Shown: positions 25,160 to 38,236 of the stretch, piece after piece
How the letters are laid out: each line of letters begins with the position of its first letter
How positions within the stretch are numbered: position 1 is the stretch's first letter
Source: Chlorokybus atmophyticus
Lineage: Eukaryota; Plantae; Mesostigma and Chlorokybus algae
DNA length: 64,000 nucleotides
Direction of reading: 5' to 3'
Assembly: GCA_009103225.1 (NCBI GenBank)
Contig: RHPI01002533.1
Span: 1,233,842-1,297,841 of the forward strand
The notes under the pieces: model-generated
Seen by the model: only the letters and a program-made list of their open reading frames with translations
What the model was told of the DNA's origin: nothing
The model's database searches: none
Program-made: the position numbers and the translations under genes

Positions 25160-26490
25160 CCTACCATTGCTGCCAGTTGCTGCTGTGCTACCTCCACATC
25201 CTTCACGTTCTCATCGTGGGCCTCTAGCGTCTGTGCCAAGGTTTGCTTGCCCAACAACTCTGCCTGCTCTCACCACCCCGTTGCATTCACTTCATTACAG
25301 CATTTTGTTATGTGCCCCTGTGGTAATAGACTGCCTTGTGCTGCTTCTGTGCATGCTTGTGTGCATGCTGGTGGACTATGTGCTTGAGAGTGCGTCTTGC
25401 ATTAGATTCACGAACGGTCTCTACATATACTTGCATCAGTATCTCTAAAAATCCTATACACACGCACACATCACTTGTTTGTGTGGTTACCTCGTTGTCT
25501 GCACACTTGCGCTATGCACACGTTTTCGAATCTTCTTGTAGAGAGCATTAGGTTGCCGAGTTTATCATCAACATCTGTTTTACAGGTCAACATTAGCCAA
25601 CAATGTGATTGCAATGCAGGTTGAACAACTATTGCTGATGTGCAGTGTCTGCGATAAGGTCTGCAGAACGTGTTGGCTTAGTCTAAAGTAATCATGCAGT
25701 CATGCACCATAATACATTGCCTTGCGCTGTGTAATGCCTCTGTTGACGATTACCTCAGAAAGCACTGTACTCTTGAAAACTCCACGACCACAAAACTGTT
25801 TGCCATCAACGGCCTATGCCTGTTCATATAATCTGTGCGCCCCAGTGCATGCATTGTTTAGCGTCTTGTGTGTCTACATGTATCTGCATGGTCCCGTTGA
25901 GATCTTCTGCGCCATAGTTGAAAGAAAGGCTGTAACCTGCAAGTAGCTACGTTGAACACCGCATGCATACTTGTTGATATTGACTATCATCGAGCGCGTT
26001 ACTTGAGGGTGCATGTGAAGTTGCCTCGAAGTCATAAGCCCATGGGCCTTCATCACACTCGTGCAAGGCGCACACACCAGCACAGCAGCAAGTCAGGCAG
26101 TTAGAAGAGTTGTGCAGTGACAATCAGCTACTACTACAACAGTACAGTACACCGTCCACTATCGACGGTGAACTGGTGCTTGCCCTGTCAACATCTACGA
26201 AGCTCTCTTCCTCCGCAGTGATCAAGCTTGACACCAAGCACTCGGCAGATATTGCAAACCTCAGCCCTCTTCACACGCCGCCGCCTACGCCGCCGCCCCT
26301 TCCGCTGGCACTGGGCCGCCAATCCTATTGCCAGCTGGCAGTGGAGGCTTAGGGCTTCAGTCGCCTCCTGAGCGAAACTCCCTGTAGACCGCTGCTTTAC
26401 TAGACTGCGGCCTGGCAAACGTCGTTCTTTTGGAAGCAGCGGCGGCGGCGGCGGCGGTGGGCGGGCGTCACGAGCGGTTCATTGTTCACA
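25160..26490 (-). CDS. Possible unrecognised multi-exon gene divergent from NSA2
   Basis: Several minus-strand stretches with splice-like ends and protein-like translation (AECLVSSLITAEEESFVDVD; DVDDKLGNLMLSTRRFENV; AELLGKQTLAQTLEAHDENVKDVE) and a GCC run at about 26450. No family recognised and the model is incomplete. Confidence 0.25.
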
Positions 26491-26641
26491 GGCCTGCGGT
26501 TGTTAGGACGGCTTAAGCGGACGACTGGGACTGCTGAGTTGAGAGGAGCCGTGGTTGGTTGGTGCTTGTAGCTTGGAAGAAGACCAACCCCACCTTAGTT
26601 GATTGGCGTGAGATACCGCCGGGTGCCGCTGCGTTCCAACC

Positions 26642-28440
26642 ATGGTAAGCTTCTGTGCCATGTGGCATCTGGTTCGTCGAATCGCTGTTTAGGGGCTCTG
26701 TTGGACGACTCCGTTGTCCATGCTTTCTGGGACAGAAAGCGGTCGCGTTTTAGCGCCTACGCACCTCGTGGATTGGTTATTATCAATTGATTGAACTACA
26801 TGCACGGAGACTGTCACTTGTTGAAGGAGTAGACAGCTACCCAAGAGCGCTTGCATGACAATTGCAGCATAGGGTATTGGTTGTCCACCCGCACAGAGAC
26901 TGTCACTTGTTGAAAGTGAGACTTATACGTATGTAGCTGTTGCATGGTACTCGCTGCATATGTGTTTGTGCTAGCACGCTGTTAAAGCATGTGCGTTAGA
27001 TGTCGCGTGAAAACGCGCTTTATACATCTCGTAGTACTGAGGCGTGTGGTGGTGTGTCAACAGCCGCAGGGAGATCACATTGAGTTGCATCGCAAACGGT
27101 ATGGCCGGCGACTTGATCATGAAGAAAGGGCACGCAAGAAGGAGGCGCGCTCTGTGCACAAAAAGGCTGCTTTTGCAAGAAAGGTAAACTTCTTGAGCAT
27201 GGTAGTCGTCTGCGCTTTGATATGTTATTAGACCAGAACGTTGACAAGTATTGCCAACTGCGCAGGTTTTGGGTATCAAGGGTAAGCTGTACGCCAAGAA
27301 GCGTCATGCAGAGAAGGCTACCATGAAAAAGACGTGAGTTGGGCCTGCTGCCGATTTGTGATTATCCTGCTGCGCATCAACTCATCAGTCACTTGAAAAG
27401 CTGCAGAAGTTTGCTTGTTTAGGTGTGCTGATTGTTTCTGATGCAGATTGGCCATGCATGGAGAGAGGAATAACAAGCATAGGGTTGGCGATGCTGCTCC
27501 GGAGGGCGCTGTGCCAGCTTACCTGCTGGACCGTGAGGCTACGCAACGGGCAAAGGTGTTGAGCAACACCATCAAGCAGAAGCGTAAGGAAAAGGCTGGA
27601 AAGTGGGAGGTCCCGCTGCCCAAGGTAAAACTTTTGAACAATATCTGTCACCAGTGCAACACCATGGCTCAATGTCATGCTGATAACATCAACATCTTTG
27701 TTTGCCAGGTGCGACCAATTGCAGAGGATGAGATGTTCCGCGTGATCAAGTCTGGAAAGAGGAAATGTAAGCAAGATGTCTTTGCTATTCTTGTATGTGG
27801 TGCATATTGTTGCACACCAGCATTAGAATCAATGCTGTGGTCATGCAGCCAAGCAATGGAAGCGGATGGTCACCAAAATGACCTTCGTGGGCCCAAGTTT
27901 CACTCGCAAACCACCCAAGTACGAGAGGTTCATTAGGCCCATGGCACTGCGTTGCACCAAGGTACGCGCCGTCAGCTGTGCGCGTGAGCATTGGTCATCG
28001 CCTGCACTTGCTAATGTTGCATGTGATCAGGCTCATGTCACCCATCCCGAGTTGAAGTGCACATTCAGTTTAGAAATACTTGGAGTGAAGAAGAACCCCA
28101 ACGGGCCTATGTACACGTCCATGGGTGTTATCACAAAGGGTACTATCATTGAGGTATGTGCAATGCGTTTGTTGCATTCTCAGTTATCTCGGTGATGTGC
28201 CTGAGTTGAGTGTTAACTGAGCACAATATTGGGAACAGGTGAACGTCAGCGAGCTGGGGCTTGTGACTCCGGGTGGCAAAGTTGTTTGGGGTGAGTGATT
28301 GTGTGCTTTGCTAATGGCTAGGGTATGCACTTTATCTGTGATTCTCCATTTTGACTTATGCAACTATTGCAGGCAAGTTTGCTCAAGTCACAAATGATCC
28401 GGAGATGGACGGTTGCATCAATGCTGTTCTGCTAGTGTGA
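26642..28440 (+). CDS. NSA2: Ribosome biogenesis protein NSA2
   Basis: [87 protein letters not shown]. The start ATG is inferred to be alone in exon 1 (26642-26644). Confidence 0.95.
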
Positions 28441-29357
28441 GCTGGCGGTCAGCACGGAACTGTTGCCCGGACTAGCTGCGTCGATGCGCGGCATGTGTAT
28501 TTTGTCAGTATGCTCATGCGGATGTGCTCTAGATTTGGCTCTTGTGTGTCGTCCAACAAACACAGTGCTTGGCTTGTGCAATAACTGGGGTGCAGAGCAC
28601 CTATCAGGACGCTGCCATATCCTGCCTACTGTGTGGTTCAACAATTAGTGCTTGCGTTGTGTATTGGTTGGGGTGCATAGCACCTTCCAGGACGCTGCCA
28701 TATGCTGTGCTTGTACATGCAGCAGCTGTTCCATACTGTATGATTGCCTCATATACTAGGCATAGATAAAGAAGTTGATGCAAGTTAGCAGCAGATCATT
28801 CATTGCGACACAGCTTGCAGCAAGCAGGGCCTCAACCGATTATCTCAGTTGCAAAAGGTACACGGGTACAGCAGCAAGCAGCTTAGTGATTGTATGCAGC
28901 TCACAGCCTTCAGCACATGTATATTATGCGCAATGAAGCAACTGCATTATGCACTTTAAGCATGGCAGAGTCGAAGAGAACTACTCTCCAGGCAGTGATC
29001 ACAGAGTATGGCTGCACTTCCTTCAGGGCGTCCTTGGGCAGTAAGTTGGACAATGTGCTTCCCAGCACGGACACTTGGCGAGTGCATTTGCCAGATACAT
29101 ACTTGCCGCTGAATTAACATACAATGCGCGTGGCATATGTACTGCCCCGGCCTTCCTCTTGGCAAGTTCTACTCTGTGTAGGCACAACTGACTTGCGCAC
29201 GGTTTCACTGCATGCTTGTGAGATCAGCCCACAGCAGCTTAACTACCGCTCCACTATCCCACCCAAAGACCCGCACCCTACGCATCAACACATTGCGGAC
29301 AACTCGCACAACACAATACTCTTGTAGCAAGAGAGACATGGCCAATCAACTACTGCA

Positions 29358-31496
29358 CTATGCCACAGCGGTTCGGGCTCCCTGGCACATTTCGCAACAC
29401 GCGAGCAGCAAGCTATTCTGGAACGTGCAGCGCGAACACTTCCAGCGGCCTTCGACATATGCGCGCAGAGTGCAGCACGCCTCGCACTGCAGCGAAGTGG
29501 CCTGCGCACGAGACAACAGTTCATCAGCAACAACCAACACCTTTCAAGCAGATCAAAGCCCAAGGAACACTTTTTAACGCGTTGCAGCAATTGGCCTGCA
29601 CCTGGTTGAGCAGCGTGCACGCGTCACAAGCCCAGCCAGTGGTGCTCGGTGATTGCGCATCGCGTGCATCCATGGCCGTTGAAGCGTGTGTTCTTTGTCG
29701 TTTTGCCGCAACGTTGGGGGCAGCAGCAGGGCGCGGGAGGTGGTTAGTGACGTCTTGAAGAAGGGTGCTCGAGGAAGGTGCGGTGGAGGCAGTTGGCCGC
29801 TTGTGAGTATGTGTGCTTGCGGGTGCGCTAGTGCTTGCTTCACCCTGCCTGCTGCTTGTAGTGGCACCACTTACAGCCTCAGTTTCAGCTGCAGCACTTG
29901 GTGACATGGATGGGCACCATTGATCATCTCTCAACCGCCGCTGCAAGACAATGTAGGACTTTCAACCACACTACACAGCACGTTGGAACGCAGCATTTGG
30001 TTTGCACAATGATGATAAACACAATGTGCAAGGTAGGCTTGTGCACATGCGTATGCGTATGTGCATGCCTTTGCATGTTTGTGTGTGTACCTCAGCAGCG
30101 TAGGCAGCAGCTTCAGCGGGCGACATCGCTTTCATCCTGTGGATATCCCCTCCCAGTCGGCGAGGCCCAGCACTCCCGGCAAGAACAGCGTTGACCTTCA
30201 TCCGTTTTTCCGCAGCAGCGAGTGCTGCCTGCACCCCCCACGCAATTGCATGTTGATCTCAGAGCAGTGCCAAGCCATGGTCATTCATGTTGAGAGAAGG
30301 CAACACATAACATACCTGTCGTATGGCGGTGCCGTGTGCTGCGGGATTGTGCGAATTAGTTGACAACTTTCGCCCGAGACCGCCTTCAAAGCCTTGGCCG
30401 GTGCCCATAATGCCCTTAGCCATGAGCCCCTCACACTCCTGTACAAATGTGCCACACGTATAAGATGTGAGGATGGTCGCCAATGCGTGAAAACAAGCAG
30501 CGTCTTGCATGCAACTTACTGTGGTGATCTCGTCAAGTAGTTTGTAGAAGGTGGCGTCGTGCGGGCCGTGCGCGTTATGCACGAGCTCGTGCAGCATCGT
30601 GCCAAGGATATGCTCGAACGGGAAGAACACGCCATCACTGCGAGGCTCGCGCAACCGAATCCGCACCTCCTGCCCGCGATTCACGTTCAACCCGAGTAGT
30701 GACGGGTTGGGAGGACTGCACACACATGAACAACCAGAGCAACATCAGTTCTCCACTTGCCAGTTCCGTACAGGTGTCATCAGCATCTATACTATCACTC
30801 CAGAGTTGCCACTTCGCCAAAGCTTACATACAATCTGATTACCTGTATGCTAGAACAAACTTGCACGTTTGTTACAGCATACAGTTGATGTTATCTAAGT
30901 ACCCACGCAGCCAACTTTGTGGTTTAAAGCATGGTTGGCAGCCCTATCAACTTAAGTCAACCGCAATGGACTATTGCTGACACTCGTATGAACATACCTG
31001 AACTCCCTCAGCATTTTGACTCGCCACTTGCGCTTCCGCATAATCGGCTGAACCTGCGAGTGTGCATGCATGAGACGCGTACACAACTCATGTTGCTGCT
31101 GCTAACCTCTAAGTCGAGTTCGACTCCCACAAACCTGTGTGCCAATCTGTACGACGCCTGAGCCCTCAACAATCAGGAGAAAAATGTTGGGTGATATATG
31201 TTTGCTATCACAGCGTCAGAGCCTGTGATGATAGATTTTTGTGCTGTCTCATATGCAACGGCTTGCAAAACACCTGTGCCAAACTTGTGGCATGCAAGTC
31301 TCGCACAAAGTGTGCTGAGCGTGTGCAAGAGTAGGATGCAAGAGCATTTGTCAATGGATGCATAGTACCAACTGTTCACCTGCTTGGCTGCTGTTTCAAG
31401 CAGGCGGCGTGCTTCCCCGTCGTTGCTTTTGCCCATCGTCTTTATCTCCCACACCTTGTCCAGGTCGCCAGAGCTCACCGACATCGGCGGCGCCAT
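29358..31496 (-). CDS. WSS1: WLM-domain DNA-dependent metalloprotease (WSS1A-like) with two RanBP2-type zinc fingers
   Basis: DLDKVWEIK, VQPIMRKRKWRVKMLREF, LLGLNVNRG, TMLHELVHNAHGPH (HExxH), GTGQGF, WACDACTLLN and WKCSRCTFQN...CEMC. Confidence 0.92.
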
Positions 31497-31824
31497 GCCA
31501 GATGATGTGACTACGAACCACAGCTCTCCTCAGCATACCCCTACGTCCACAGAGCCACTTCCCAGCGGCGTCGCCGCCGCTGTCGCCGCCGCCACGTGGC
31601 GAGACTTGCAAAAGCTTCCTACATTTCAAAAGGTTTTGAGGAATCTTCCGGTTCAGCCTTCCGTAGCGTCAGCGTGTCTGGATACGCTGAGTGATCGAGT
31701 TACGCGAAGGTATGTGCTGAGTATTCACAAAGCAAATAGCCTCCTGGGTGTGGTTGATGGGGGCGGCGGTGGCGGCGGCGGTCGTGGTGGCCGGCGGCAC
31801 GGAGCCTGTGTGGTTCTGGATAAC

Positions 31825-34067
31825 ATGGCGGAGTTCTCAACTTCGAGTAAGAAGAGAAGTGGATGCTTTGCGACGCCTTGCCCGACTACAGACTGGCTGG
31901 AGGCCCTGCCTGAGCAGCTGTGGCTGCATGCTCTGAGCTTCTTGAGCATCCAGGACTTGCTGCGTGTGCGCCAGGTACAACAAAATACACCGACTCTTAA
32001 TTTGTTCTCATGCGTAGTCACAATGTTTTACGCATGTGAGCGTTTCACATGATTGACTGGTCTGCTTGCTACACAAGTTCGTGTGCTTTGCAACCTATTT
32101 GCAGCAGCAGTGAGCTACAGCACTCGGCCTGCGTAAGCTCTGCCAAGAAAACTGATTTAAACAACTGCGTACATTATTGTATCGACTCTGTGATGAGGCT
32201 TGCACTCGCCATGCAGCTAAACATTACAGCATGCATGGATTGAATGTTATCATTGGCTGTTTAGGCTGCTACCTGTACAACTGCAGGCAGTTCACCAACC
32301 AGCTGAGAGTGGATTGCTGTTTGTATGCAGGTGTCTAGTTGTTTTAGGAACTATGCTGAGCACGCGCTATCGGAGGTCAAGTGTCTTTCACGTGTCGGAC
32401 TGCCCTTTAAGTTGGACGATATCGCATTAGCTTGGCTCGCAACGCACTGCCCGCAGCTTCATGTGCTGGACGTTTCCGCGTGCTCACTTGTGTCTGATGA
32501 AGGCTTGCAGCATATAGGAGCACACTGCAAGTCAATACAGGTACGGTGTGCATGCTAACATATGCAGACGCAGTAAATGCTGTGTCCAGTTGCTGACTTG
32601 CCATGCGCTTAGGCTTTCTGTTTTCCCAAACCAGTGTACTGTTTTATTGCTTGATGAACACTAAGGTGTGGCAGGTAGTGAATATCACAGACTGTACTAA
32701 AGTCACCGATGATGGTGTATCAGCAATCGTGAACTCGCAGCTGCGGCACGTGTTTGCTTCCGGGTCCAAGATTACGGATGTGACGCTACTGGTGCTAGCG
32801 GAAACATGCAAGCAGTTGCAGATTCTCGCTGTCGGCAACTGCGCTGTCAGCGATGTTGGACTCCTCTCCATCGGCGCCAACTGCCCTTCTCTGGTCTACT
32901 TCAACTGCTTCGGTTGCACTCAAGGCGTGAGCGATGCAGGCATTGAACACATTGCAGAGAACTCTAGAGAGGTACTGCTTATCTTTGTTGTAAGCTTGCT
33001 GTATGAGCGTTATTTACAGGCCACTTGCAAGCTGATGGTGAAGTCTTTGTGTGCAGTTAGAAGAGCTTGAAATCTCCAACTGCCAGCAAATCACAGACCG
33101 GAGTTTGACTGCAGTGTCAAGGCACTGTAAGAAGTTGAAGATGTTGTACGCGGCTTTCTGCCCGGAGCTGAGGGACACCGGGCTGCGCCAGTTGGCAGAA
33201 GGCGGCACACAGCTTGAAGAACTGCACTTGTCCGGCTGCATCGGTTTGAGCTCAAGAGGCTTGCAGAGCATAGGCCTGTGCAGCAAGCTCAGGTCGTTGC
33301 ACATATCGAGTTGCGATTTGGACTCCAGCTCGCTGCAGGCGATAGCAAAAGGCTGCGCTGCGCTTGAAACTCTTGACCTGAGTTTTTGCACCGGCATCAA
33401 TGATCTTGCCATACAGCTCCTTACCAAGCACTGTCCTCAGTTGCAGAGACTGTCGATGGCTTTTGGGAAAGAGGTGACTGATGCCAGTCTGCAGGCAATA
33501 AGCGAGAACTGCCCCAAGCTTGTGTCTTTGGACTGCAGCAACTGCAGACAGATCACCAATGTTGGCGTTGAATCCATTGCAGAGAAGTGCCGCATGCTTC
33601 AAGTGTTGAGCATCGAACGCTGCCACCTCGTGACGGACCAGAGCATAGCCAAGTTAGTAGCCAATCAGCCGAACCTGCATTCACTCAACGTCTCGCATCT
33701 TCCTTTTGTCACCGATAAAGGCTTGGTCAACTTGGCAAGCTGTCCAGCACTGCGATCGTTGCGAGTGGCGAGCTGTTCTTCGGTGACAGACAACACGTTG
33801 CAAGTGTTGGGTGCGTATTGTCGGCTGCTTGAGACGCTCATCATCCCGTTAAATCCCAACATCACGGATGAAGGGATACTTGCCATTGGGGAAGGGTGCT
33901 CGCGGTTGATCACGTTGAACGTGAGCTGCTGCCGGCGCGTGACGGCCGCGGGCCTCGAGGTGGTGCGCTCCAACTGCCCTTCGTTGAAGTGGCTTCTGCA
34001 CCAACATAGTAGGTCTGCTTCCCCAGTAGTCGATCGTGCAGCACAGCGGCTTTTGCAAGCACCCTGA
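31825..34067 (+). CDS. F-box/leucine-rich-repeat (FBXL-type) protein
   Basis: F-box LPEQLWLHALSFLSIQDLLRV followed by many 26-aa cysteine-containing LRRs (L..L.L..C..ITD..L..I...C..L). Confidence 0.9.
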
Positions 34068-36889
34068 CCACCCTCTCTTGTGTGTGTGTCTCCTCAGTGA
34101 TGACCCATGTGAAATCAGACGCTGACCTGCACTGCACGCGGAACCAATGTCTGCAAGGGCTTTCCACAGCTTTCTGATCTGCTTGCGCGCGCAAGAGCTC
34201 CTACTACTGCAAGGGTCCTTAACCTCCGACAGCGTGGAGCGGAGAACATGTTGGAGCGGTTGTTGCAATGGCAACCGATTGCATATGCAAAGCCGCTGGA
34301 GGTTGTGTTGCACACAGTGCAGAGCGTTCAAGGCAAGGGTCCTGGTTCACCGGCTGTTTCCGTTTGGGATTCTGGTGTAAGCAGTTGGCGCGAACACTCC
34401 CAGCTACGCCCCTTACATTGGTGTTGCAAGTGAAGTGTCACGATTAGCTTGGGCCAGCCCATGTGATTGCTGTTGTTATCTGTTGTCATGTCAATGCTAA
34501 ACCAACCCCCTTAACGCGTCCGTGCTGCTCATTACTGTGCACTGTGCTACCTGCCAAAGTGTGCGCTCCCACATTCATTACCCCGTTGATGCTGTGCTGG
34601 TCAATGCCAAGCTGTGCCTGCTTGTTTAAAGTTGCAACAAAGAACCTTATGGCAGTGCTCGATGCGAGCAGAGGCTGCATGACAGACGTGTCGGAAAAAG
34701 TAAGAAGCAGGTTGCTTTAAACTTGTACCGGTGTAGACTTGCACATGTGGCATAAACCTGTGCATAGGTAAGGCAACGCCTAGGTCAGTAGTATTGCTTA
34801 ACCAATGTGACACTACATTTTATATGACCAAGAAGAGTCACATACACTGTGACGCTTGCTTTCTACTTGGCCCCGTTGCTATACCATATGCACAGTCTTG
34901 CATGTATTCTACACAATAGCGTCTTCGATTTTCTGTACACATATACAAGTGCATGCTAAGCAAGGGTAGCGCAACCGGCGTTCTTCACACTCAGTACACC
35001 TTTGTTTGCACAAGGTACACGTGTGCAGAGGCCTGGTCCCATACCAGTTCACGCAAGTGCGGCCTTGCGCAGAGTCCAACTTAGGCTGCAAAACCTGACT
35101 GCGCACTGCACGGTTTGTTGGGGCATTGACACCACCCGCACGCACACTTAGTTGAGAGCCTTGTTACACCTGCCCCACGCTTTGTCCCATCCGTGCGCAG
35201 GCAGCAGCAGGGCATCGCTTCACAGAAAATGACGAGTGCAAGGGATTCAATGGATTAGGGCATGCACCGCCGCTGTTGCAGATCGCCTCCGCACTTGCTC
35301 TATGTGCTTGTTGCAGCTTCACCTTGGCGGCACTGGATGGGGGACGCTGGGAGGATGCATTGCGTAATGCTTGATAAGGCAACTGCATTGTTTGCTTGTT
35401 GACGTAGAGTCTGACCGTGGTAAGCTTGTTAGCTCATGGAGTGTTGTGCTACTCCGCAACAATCTGCACGCATGCATGTCTACAAGACAAAAATGCATGG
35501 CTCGGTCGGCTGTATAATCTGCTGAAACTGCCGCTTAGCATAGTTCGGGCACAGTCACAGAACCTTTATATTCCTCCACCGTGCATGCATTGCCTTAAAC
35601 AGCCTTCTGCATGTATTCACAGATGGGCCAGACACACACCAACAGCCGAGAGAAAGCGCCACGCCATAACTGACTCAGAGTGCAGCCTATACGCAACAGA
35701 GGATGAAAGATTGCTGGACAGTCCTGCTACCATGCTTGCGGAAGATGCCCTCTCTGCCCTGACAAGAAGCGCAAGTGAGTGGTGCTTTCATAGTCTTGTG
35801 CATGAGCTACTTGCTGAAGACATTCTTGCAAAGCCAATGGTCGATAAAGCTGCGCGGTGTTATAACACGATGGATCTAGTCATCATGCAAACATGCTACC
35901 TGAGTTGGTGCTTGCGTGCGTATGTTCGTTGCGTGCATGCTTTTCAGCGTGAGGTAGGACCCACTGTTTCCACACATGTGGAAGATTGCTTAGAAGAGAA
36001 CTGCTGTGGGTGCCCTGCAGGACAAGCGCACGCGCTCTGTACCACCATGTGAGTGAAGTCAAACAGCTGAGGCGCTTGCATCAAGAGTTGGCAAAAAGGT
36101 GCACACGTCCAAGAGCATGCCTTAGTGTCAAGATGTGTTTGCAAAAATGTTAGCTCAGGAGACAAGTGTTTATAGCCAATAACGTCATTGGCCAGGTGGA
36201 GAGCAGAGGCTGAGCAGATGGGTGCTACTGTCATGGCTCCATCCGTGCAAGGGCTCCGTCTCGGCCAACAAGCAGCAGGTGAGTGTGCTGCACGGTCTAA
36301 ACATGCACATGTAGTTCAGATTGCTTGGATGTGTGAGCTGCATCAACAGGTGTCGCACAATCGCACGAGCCCAAGGAGATGCCCCTCAGTGGCAGTGGTG
36401 GCAGCAATCGCAGGCTTGTGTTTGACAACCCACCCAATGGGTAAACAATGCACTGGACTGCATGGCACAGGATGATGTTTGCAGATTGTGGGCTGCTGTA
36501 CGCACTAAGGATGCATGCAAGTGATAAGCGATAAAAATACTCTTGTTTGTGAAAGAAAACGCCTATGGCTCAAGCTGATGTATATGGTGTCATGCAGGTA
36601 TGGCCGTCAAGACTTGCGCCGAGAGTTCAGCTCCTGTGCCCTGCAGGTTGACTGGTAGATTTGCAGGCACTGTTTGTGGAGGCGCTGCCCCGTGTCTGAA
36701 GTTGTTGTCATACGTCAGGTGCTGCTGTCTCGCCATGATGACATTGCATGCCTACCGATGCCCGCGGTGACGGTGATGAAGGCGAAGTTTCCTTACAGCA
36801 GGGAAAGTGTACAGTTCAAAGCATTGTTGGAGCTTACATCAGGTGCACGCTTTGGCGCGCTTGTGTGCGCACATGAGCTTGTGTGCGTG

Positions 36890-38236
36890 TGACTGATGCT
36901 TGGCCTGGCAGAGCAACTTGCAGGTGCATTGGAGCAACTACACAAAGTGAAGGCGCGTGCGAACAGCACGGGTGAAGTGCGCTTTGTGCGCCTGCGCAAG
37001 CCCCAAGGCGTTGAAACGGAAGACTTTCTGACCAAGTCAGAGCGCAATCGCGCAGAGCCTGCGAGTGCTCGTCGATGTTGAAGTGCAGGTACTGATCTCA
37101 TGGAGATGTGTTGTGAGCTACATAAATGTTGGTTGACTGATTGACCGGTGTTCAAACACAGAGTCTGACGGCCTGTTTGAGGCATGCTGAGCAGCGCGAG
37201 GCTTCGCTATTGATGGAAGTTGAAGAAGTCACAAACAAGCCAAAAGAGGCTTTGCTGGCAGCGCAAGCAAGTGAGCGAAGGGCGCGTCTCGCTGAGGATT
37301 TTGCAGAATCCGAACACTGGAGCCAGCTGCAGAGACAGGTACTAGTAGTCTAGCAGTTCGTTGTGTCATCACCACATAAGGAAAATCGAAAAGATTGAGA
37401 AGATCCTCAATGAACCGCTTGCCGAGTTGGGAATGAAGGAGTTGCCTGAGAATCAGTTCAGTTATGGAGTAGACTCAAAGTGCACAAGCACACATGCACA
37501 CATTTCATTGATTTCTGATCCCAACAGCTTAGCAGCTTCCAGCAAGAAAACGCTGAGGTGAGCCTGAAGCTGTCTGTGCTAGAGACTGTCGAAACGGCTC
37601 TGGCTGAGAAGCTTGCAGCGGCACATACCAAAGCTGAGACTTTGTCAAGCAGCTTGACAGCAACAGAGCTACAGCGCAGAGAGCTATCCATCCAGGTGTC
37701 CACAATGCGACTCGAGGCGCTTGCAAATGCTCACATATGGATGGAGCAGTTTTTTCAGCAAAGCATTAGGCAAGCTGAGCCCCGTAAACCGTGAGCTGAC
37801 CGTTAAAGCTGCCGTAGAGAACATGGAGGTTGATCCCAGGTGCATGGAGTGCCCAATCTGTTTCGAGGTGCATGTGATCAGCTGGCTTGTGTATCCTGCT
37901 CGCGGGCATCACAGATGCAAGAAGGACTTCGTCAAGGCATGGAAGAGGCATGAACGGAGGTGTCACACTTGTCGGGATAAGGAGGTGCACAAAAGCGCTA
38001 TGCTGCCCGTTCCTCCCGCAGTTAAAAAATGCGTCATCCAAGTGGACAAGCTTTGGCAGAAGTTCCAAACTCAACTGGAATTGTTGTTGTTGGAGCCGTT
38101 GTCATCGGAATGGCGTGAGTACTTCACACACTACTTATCACAAGAATGCGCCCATGCCGAACACAAGTTTTTCAACTTCGCTGCTGAGCAAAGGGCAAAA
38201 AATGAGCCTAGCAGAAAGAGGCGCCGGCTGCATTAA
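36890..38236 (+). CDS. Uncharacterised coiled-coil protein with a C-terminal degenerate RING-like finger (5' boundary uncertain)
   Basis: Coiled-coil-like exons (ALAEKLAAAHTKAETLSSSLTATELQRRELSIQ) can splice to CMECPIC...PARGHHRCKKD...CHTC and end in RKRRRLH* (NLS-like). Confidence 0.45.

Noticed and set aside
28950-29130. Short protein-like minus-strand frame (SNLLPKDALKEVQPYSVITAWRVVLF)
   Set aside because: No start, no convincing splice partners and no recognisable family.
31494-31497. WSS1 and FBXL reading frames starting from one shared CATG palindrome
   Set aside because: The upstream in-frame extension of FBXL runs through GC-rich promoter DNA. More plausible starts are 31825 (FBXL) and 31484 or 31496 (WSS1), so this is likely chance.
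37740-37800. Programmed frameshift at the T6 run linking coiled-coil and RING frames
   Set aside because: Ordinary splicing (cc|gtgagc...cccag|g) joins the frames, and the T run also fits a polypyrimidine tract.
3859-38236. Functional cluster of ubiquitin and proteostasis genes (RING-CH, double E2, WSS1, FBXL, RING-like)
   Set aside because: These families are numerous in eukaryotic genomes and are interspersed with unrelated housekeeping genes. There is no evidence of co-regulation.
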